Source of the DNA: a virus
Reading direction: 5' to 3' (one strand)
IMG/VR virus record: IMGVR_UViG_3300006738_000004
Coordinates: 1-64,000 of that record
Length of the DNA stretch: 64,000 nucleotides
In this document: piece by piece, positions 58,735 through 64,000 of the stretch
How positions within the stretch are numbered: the first letter of the stretch is position 1
Layout: every line of letters starts with the position of its first letter
Made by a program: the position numbers and the translations under genes
The notes under the pieces: generated by a model
What the model was told of the DNA's origin: nothing
The model's input: the letters and a program-made list of their open reading frames with translations, nothing else
Database searches by the model: none

Positions 58735-58749
58735 CGGTGTCCCGGCTAT
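58735..58749 (+). promoter_or_regulatory. Class I promoter motif CGGT-N7-CTAT
   Basis: CGGT GTCCCGG CTAT upstream of the 1134-aa gene. Confidence 0.6.
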
Positions 58750-58797
58750 ACGCCGCGATGCCGTAGGTAAGGTACTCCCTCGGAGCGGGAATCCCGG

Positions 58798-61700
58798 ATG
58801 GCTATCAGAGATAAATACTTCACAGGTTCCACAGTCTCACGATACCTCCCGCCAGGGGAGCATTCGTGGGATGAGGCTGTGTACCAGTCCGGCAAGCCGG
58901 TTCTGGACGCTGAACTGAACCTATCCCAAGAGGTCGGGCGTCAACTCCGGTCCTTGGTACAGCAACGCACTGTCCCGTCTGGGTGGTTGCGGGGACCTGT
59001 TCCCCCTCGCTTCAACGAAGGGATTTCCTTCCTTCCCACCTCCAACCCCAACTTCGCCCCCAACACGTTTTGGATGGGGAAGAGGACCGCTCTCGTTGCG
59101 GGTGCCCCCATTGTGGTGGAGTTTTCCAACACCGACCTGCCTAACATAAACCGGATCGACCTGGATGCGGCCACCGTTTACGAAGGGACCGGCACCTCCA
59201 TCAAGCGCACGGACTTCGTGTTCCTTGAGGTATGGCGTTGCCTTGTCTCCCACTCCCCCCGTGCTTCAGCGACGGTCGAGGTGGTGACTTGGGGTGACCT
59301 GGATGCGGCTGATCAGATCCTCATCAACGCGGTTGTCCTGCAAGCGACAACGGGTGGGCCAGCACTCAACACGTTCAACCTGGGCCTGAATGCCAATGAG
59401 ACTGCCGCGAACATCGCCGCAGCCATCAATGAGCCTCTGAACGCCTTTACGGGGATCTGCACGGCTGCGGTGGACGTATCGGACCCCACCCAGGTGAACC
59501 TCACCACTGTCGATGCTTTGGCCGGGGCCGCTGGAAATGCAGTGACCCTGAGCCTTGCCCTCACCAATGCAGGCAGCATGACGGTGAATGCGGGACCAGG
59601 ACCCACGACCTTTGCGGGTGGTGCGGACACGCCCAACAAGCCCACGCAGTTCTCCCTCTATCGAAACGGAAACGTCCAGTCCCCCCTTGCCACCAACCTC
59701 CCTGACGAGATCGCGGACCCCACCATCGGGACCGAGACAACCAAGCGAGTTCAGTGGCAGTACAGGATTCGAGCCACCGGGGCGGCTGAGGGCGTCAACT
59801 TCAAGACCCAGCACGACGGTTTCTCGCAGCCCAATGTCCAGGCTCAAGGGTCCCAAGCTGCTCCTCTTGGGGCGCTCTTCCCCTTTGTCAAAGCAGACAT
59901 GACTTCGGTGATCGACAACAGCAGTGCTGTTGCCTACGACATCCGTGATCCTGGCCTGTGGATTTCCGGTGATGGGACTTCTGCTTCAGCGACCGCCCTT
60001 GGAACTGTCGATGGCTATGTCTATGCAGTGCCCATCGGTTTCGTGTTCCGTAGAAACGATGCCTACAACGGCGGGGTATCAGCACCCCCGCTGGGTCAGG
60101 GGTTTTCCCCTCTGGACAACACGAATGGAGGGTTGCCTTTCACCCATCCCTTGTTCGTGAACCCGTACATTGGAACCATTGAACCTAACGAGTCAGACCG
60201 CCCTGACGGTCAGTTCTATGATGTCATCTCCGACACGGACTTCCTCGACCTGCGGAAGAACGTGTATCCAGGAGGTATTGACCTCAAAGCAGAGCTTGAG
60301 CGCCAGATGGGCTTGGTCCTGGACAACACGCTGGGGACCTGGGCGATTGATTCAGGGGATAAGTCCGGCGCGATGGGCGGTGGCTCTGGGGATGTGAGTT
60401 GGAAGTACATGGTCTGCAACGAGATTGGTCGTGCAGATGCAGAAGGAGGCAACCCGCAAAACTCCGGGGACACCCTCCGGGGCAACTTCATCGCCAACTT
60501 CGATCATGTTCGCCGTCGTTTCGGAGACCAAGCTGTCGTAGAGCTTCGGGTTTTCCCGATCCTGCCAACCGACATTGCGATCAATGAGCCTGGGAAGTTC
60601 GTCATCAAGGACAACCCAGCTACGCAGCCCCTTTGCTGGGCTGAAGATGATGTCATCCACATTGACCTGAGCAGTCTGAACGCTACCGGGGATGGGACTT
60701 GGGCTGAAGCAACTGAAACCTACCACGGCGGCTCTGGCGGTTTTGTTTCCAACTTCTTCCCGTCAGGCACCTTGATCACTGGAATCAACACCATCCGACA
60801 TGACGACGGGCAATCCACCGCTGTTGTGGTTCCCGAAGTCCAGATGAAGCTCGTTACTGGGCTGGGCACGGACTACGTTCAAATCACGCTGGATAGGAAT
60901 GACACACCCTGTGATGGCGGCGGTATCGCGGGCTATCCAGGCACAACGATTTCCATGTCTGCTCCAACAGCAGCCAACGACACGGGAAGCCCTCGACGCA
61001 TCTTCGTGGAGTTGGAGATCACCTACCCGGTAGGCTCTGGAACTTCCGACACGCCCTGGCTGGACGCCAATGACGAGTCCGTGGTTCCAGATGCTCCCAC
61101 CTCTGTGGGGGTGTATGACTTCGGCCCTGCTGTTGAAGACGGCGACGTCAGTCAGAGGCCCCCGGATTTCAATGAGCAGTTGCCGCCCTTGTTCCGGCCC
61201 TCACACCGGGAGATCCAGGTTGAGTATGCGTGTGGCGACCCCGGTGCCCCCGGATCTGCGTACACGGACATACTCATCTCCGCAGATCCGCTGAACATCA
61301 CCGTGCCACGACGCATGTACGGATCGAAGAACACGGAAGCCACTGTCACAGACCTTATTTCAGGAACCGCCCGTGCAGTAGACCATTCAACCACTCACTA
61401 CGGGATGTCCTCCCGGCGTCTGGTTCTCAACGACACGGGGACCGCACCTGCCATCCCGCTTACCAATACAGGCTCTACGCCCGTTACTGTGAACTGGTGG
61501 CCTCAGGACCCCATCCCCAACTCTGGGGGTAGTGACGGCTACCAGCTTGCCTTCTACTACCGGACCCAGGCAGAGCAGACGGTAGGGAGCCAAACGGGTA
61601 TTCCCAGTCTCCCCGAGAACCTTGTAGTGGAGCCTCTGGTGATGGCCCGTAGCCTGTGGACTAACACGGTTTCCGTAGGCTCAGTAGATGTCCCCTTCCC

Positions 61701-62202
61701 GTACCTGAACCCGTCAGACCAAATCCCAGTCAACGCCGACACACCCGTGAATGATTTCCCAGGTGAGTGGGCACTTCAAGCAACTGCCGACATCTCGGTG
61801 ATGGATTTCGACGCTGACGTTGGCATCTTGAACCTGCATCAGATGGTCCCTGTGGCTAACGCACCTGAGTTTGACTTCAGGTTCCCCGACAAGGATGTGG
61901 AGTTCCGCTCCCACTACAAGTTCTTGGACACGAACGCTTACCGTCCCACCGCGATGGCACAACCGTTGTCAGGAATCGCCACACACAAGGTGAGCTTTCC
62001 CTTCCTTGCACGGGTGACGAGTGGCTTGGACGGCACGGCTGGAAGCACCCTGTGGAGGGAGAACGAGGTTATCCTGTTGGTTGTTACTCGATACGCCATC
62101 CTTGATGAGGACAACACCGTGCTTTTCACTGATGGTGCAGGGAACCGGACTTGTGTAGGGGTGTACCGCACTGAGGGCCTCACCCTTTTGGCCTCGGAGT
62201 AA
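58798..62202 (+). CDS. Baseplate-associated virion protein with DUF4815/DUF6519-like N-terminus (1134 aa)
   Basis: VYQSGKPVLDAELNLSQE N-terminal motif; RTDFVFLEVW and ETTKRVQWQYRIR motifs typical of baseplate-attached fibre proteins. Confidence 0.65.
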   Translation: MAIRDKYFTGSTVSRYLPPGEHSWDEAVYQSGKPVLDAELNLSQEVGRQLRSLVQQRTVPSGWLRGPVPPRFNEGISFLPTSNPNFAPNTFWMGKRTALVAGAPIVVEFSNTDLPNINRIDLDAATVYEGTGTSIKRTDFVFLEVWRCLVSHSPRASATVEVVTWGDLDAADQILINAVVLQATTGGPALNTFNLGLNANETAANIAAAINEPLNAFTGICTAAVDVSDPTQVNLTTVDALAGAAGNAVTLSLALTNAGSMTVNAGPGPTTFAGGADTPNKPTQFSLYRNGNVQSPLATNLPDEIADPTIGTETTKRVQWQYRIRATGAAEGVNFKTQHDGFSQPNVQAQGSQAAPLGALFPFVKADMTSVIDNSSAVAYDIRDPGLWISGDGTSASATALGTVDGYVYAVPIGFVFRRNDAYNGGVSAPPLGQGFSPLDNTNGGLPFTHPLFVNPYIGTIEPNESDRPDGQFYDVISDTDFLDLRKNVYPGGIDLKAELERQMGLVLDNTLGTWAIDSGDKSGAMGGGSGDVSWKYMVCNEIGRADAEGGNPQNSGDTLRGNFIANFDHVRRRFGDQAVVELRVFPILPTDIAINEPGKFVIKDNPATQPLCWAEDDVIHIDLSSLNATGDGTWAEATETYHGGSGGFVSNFFPSGTLITGINTIRHDDGQSTAVVVPEVQMKLVTGLGTDYVQITLDRNDTPCDGGGIAGYPGTTISMSAPTAANDTGSPRRIFVELEITYPVGSGTSDTPWLDANDESVVPDAPTSVGVYDFGPAVEDGDVSQRPPDFNEQLPPLFRPSHREIQVEYACGDPGAPGSAYTDILISADPLNITVPRRMYGSKNTEATVTDLISGTARAVDHSTTHYGMSSRRLVLNDTGTAPAIPLTNTGSTPVTVNWWPQDPIPNSGGSDGYQLAFYYRTQAEQTVGSQTGIPSLPENLVVEPLVMARSLWTNTVSVGSVDVPFPYLNPSDQIPVNADTPVNDFPGEWALQATADISVMDFDADVGILNLHQMVPVANAPEFDFRFPDKDVEFRSHYKFLDTNAYRPTAMAQPLSGIATHKVSFPFLARVTSGLDGTAGSTLWRENEVILLVVTRYAILDEDNTVLFTDGAGNRTCVGVYRTEGLTLLASE

Positions 62203-62206
62203 GTAG

Positions 62207-64000
62207 ATGCCTCGTAATGTAGATCCCGGAACTATCGTAGTCGGCGCAGGGCTTGCTCCTGAAGGGACTGTTGAGGACAACTCCCTCCGGTACCCGGAAA
62301 GGGATGTAGACCCCCTTCGGGTCCACCTCCATGACACCAGCCGTGCCCACATGGCTGTGGCTATCGGCATTGACGATGCAGGCCATTGCTACACCTCGGA
62401 TGAGGTAGAAGGCGCACTCCAGGAAATCTGTGCTGCTGCTGGCGCGAGCCGCATGAACGGCATGGTCAACGGCGGCTACTTCGTTGAGCTTGGGCCACCT
62501 TCCACCGCAGTGATTCAGGCGGCTATCTCTGGTGGTGGTGTGGGCACGACGCTCACCTTGGTGGAACCCACGACCGTGTTGGTCAACACCCACGTCCTGC
62601 ATTTGGGTGGCATGACCATCACGCTCCCCGATGACGCTGTCAGCTTTGTCTATGTGGACTGCGATGGAACGCACGCCACTTACGAGACTCTCGTCTCCAC
62701 TTTGGCACCTCCTCCCCAGATTGATTCAGGGGGTTGGCCCGGTGTCGAGCATGTCATGATCGCCAAGATCACGACCGTGGGAGGCATTGTCACCGCATAC
62801 CAGGATGCCCGGTTCTTCGTGGCTGACCTGGACCGGAAGCTCGCTTACTCTGTGCGGGCCGTTCCAGGTGAGCCAGACAACGACCTCTATGCAGAGGCGT
62901 GCTTCGTTACCCTTGAAGCATCCCTTTTCTGGATGGAGTGGTACCACACCAATGCTATGGACGGCCAAGACACCAGGACTCGGATCCTGCTGCGAGGGAC
63001 CCAGACAGTCTTCGCGCCCCTTGTGGTACCGCTCAATAACGTGGTGTTCCAAGGGGACGGGGACGCGAAGATCGTATTCCCCGGTGGTTTTGCAGGGACC
63101 ACGTTGTTCGATGTTTCGGATCGTATAGGTGTTGAGTTCCGTGACCTTGAGTTTGTCTCAAGCGTGGCCACCAACAACACCGCCATCTGGGCGAACGGGG
63201 CAACGACCGCTTCCAGTGGGCTGAGGGTTACCAACTGCCAGTTTGCCCATACTGGAGGGGTAGCAAACCGTTGGACGACTGGTATTTCCGTAGAGTCCTC
63301 AGCGTCCCCGCCGTCCTGGATATTGGTCCAGGATTGCCAGATGATGGTGAGCGGTGCGGGGGTCCGCATTGATTCCGGTGCCTCCTGCACTATCCAAGGG
63401 TGCTTGGTAGCGGGGGTGGCTGGGGTCACCCCCGTGGGGATTGACCTCCCCGCCACTCAGCATGGGCTGGGTAGTGACAACAGGGTCTTGGATTGCGAGG
63501 TCAAGGACTGTGCAACCGCTATTCGAGCCACCGACAGCAAGAGGCTCCATGTAGAAGGTTGCCAGCTTGAGGCTGACGACGACGGCATCATCATCCGGGC
63601 GGCGACCCAGAGCTTCGATCTCGAAGAGAACGTGATCGAGGGGACCGTCATCAAGCTGGCCGATACCACCACTGCCTTGTGTGGCATCGTTTTCGACCAC
63701 TCTGCCATTATCGGCCCGATGACCAAGAACGCCGTCATCGACTGCCTTATCGAGAACCAACGAACTGCGGGCTGGGCCGCTGGGGATTTCTCGTGGGGAA
63801 TCGACTTCCGTAGCTTTGGGGGCGACGAGATCGGGGTGCTCAATCGAATCTCTGGCTGCACAATCCAGGGATTCAACAACCCTGCGGCTGCCTTGCTGGG
63901 CATTAGCGGGGGTGTGCGGCTTGACGCCGCTGCTGACCAGACTCGAATCGTAGATACCGCCTTCCACCTGTGCGCGAACGGCATCTATTTCGACGCTGGC
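62207..64000 (+). CDS. Tail fibre/tailspike with right-handed beta-helix (3'-truncated by window)
   Basis: ATG 62207; HLHDTSRAHMAVAI...DEVEGALQEI fibre motif, then beta-helix repeats (NNVVFQGDG, VEFRDLEF, LRVTNCQF, VQDCQM). Not in the ORF track. Confidence 0.75.
   Translation, partial: MPRNVDPGTIVVGAGLAPEGTVEDNSLRYPERDVDPLRVHLHDTSRAHMAVAIGIDDAGHCYTSDEVEGALQEICAAAGASRMNGMVNGGYFVELGPPSTAVIQAAISGGGVGTTLTLVEPTTVLVNTHVLHLGGMTITLPDDAVSFVYVDCDGTHATYETLVSTLAPPPQIDSGGWPGVEHVMIAKITTVGGIVTAYQDARFFVADLDRKLAYSVRAVPGEPDNDLYAEACFVTLEASLFWMEWYHTNAMDGQDTRTRILLRGTQTVFAPLVVPLNNVVFQGDGDAKIVFPGGFAGTTLFDVSDRIGVEFRDLEFVSSVATNNTAIWANGATTASSGLRVTNCQFAHTGGVANRWTTGISVESSASPPSWILVQDCQMMVSGAGVRIDSGASCTIQGCLVAGVAGVTPVGIDLPATQHGLGSDNRVLDCEVKDCATAIRATDSKRLHVEGCQLEADDDGIIIRAATQSFDLEENVIEGTVIKLADTTTALCGIVFDHSAIIGPMTKNAVIDCLIENQRTAGWAAGDFSWGIDFRSFGGDEIGVLNRISGCTIQGFNNPAAALLGISGGVRLDAAADQTRIVDTAFHLCANGIYFDAG

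Noticed and set aside
1-64000. Hundreds of minus-strand and off-frame ORFs in the track (e.g. 369..1172, 48137..49378, 57785..58594, 58482..58766)
   Set aside because: Shadow ORFs of GC-rich coding genes; they overlap better-supported genes, lack SD sequences and have unnatural composition.
1-64000. Genome-wide stop-codon reassignment, as seen in some jumbo phages
   Set aside because: TAG, TGA and TAA all terminate well-spaced genes, and long ORFs are intact under the standard code.
39294-64000. Diversity-generating retroelement or invertase-based fibre switching
   Set aside because: No reverse transcriptase or recombinase, and no adenine-mismatched TR/VR pair or long inverted repeats were noticed by eye.

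Overview
The window is a dense, almost entirely + strand virion morphogenesis module of a large, GC-rich, contractile-tailed (myovirus-type, probably jumbo) bacteriophage. Gene order is: 3' end of the tail tube gene, two paralogous tail-assembly-chaperone-like genes, tape measure, two tube-initiator-like paralogues, baseplate hub, central spike, a Gly/Ala-rich small protein, a 3924-aa giant structural protein, gp25-like, baseplate-J-like and gpI-like wedge proteins, a cassette of modular fibre/appendage genes, a 1945-aa Ig-like protein, a signal-peptide membrane protein, and further fibre-attachment and beta-helix proteins. Three small minus-strand units interrupt it. Reading the intergenic DNA reveals two recurring promoter-like motifs: CGGT-N7-YTAT on the + strand before structural genes, and GGGGTTCC-N16-CGTA(G/T)A on the - strand. 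At three loci they sit back to back. One of the minus-strand motifs points not at a clear gene but at a ~250-nt highly pairable element (candidate structured or antisense ncRNA) converging on the membrane-protein gene. Several small ORFs missed by the ORF track were found, including a 59-aa basic MGCGC protein. All product calls come from gene order and motifs recognised by eye, with no database search.
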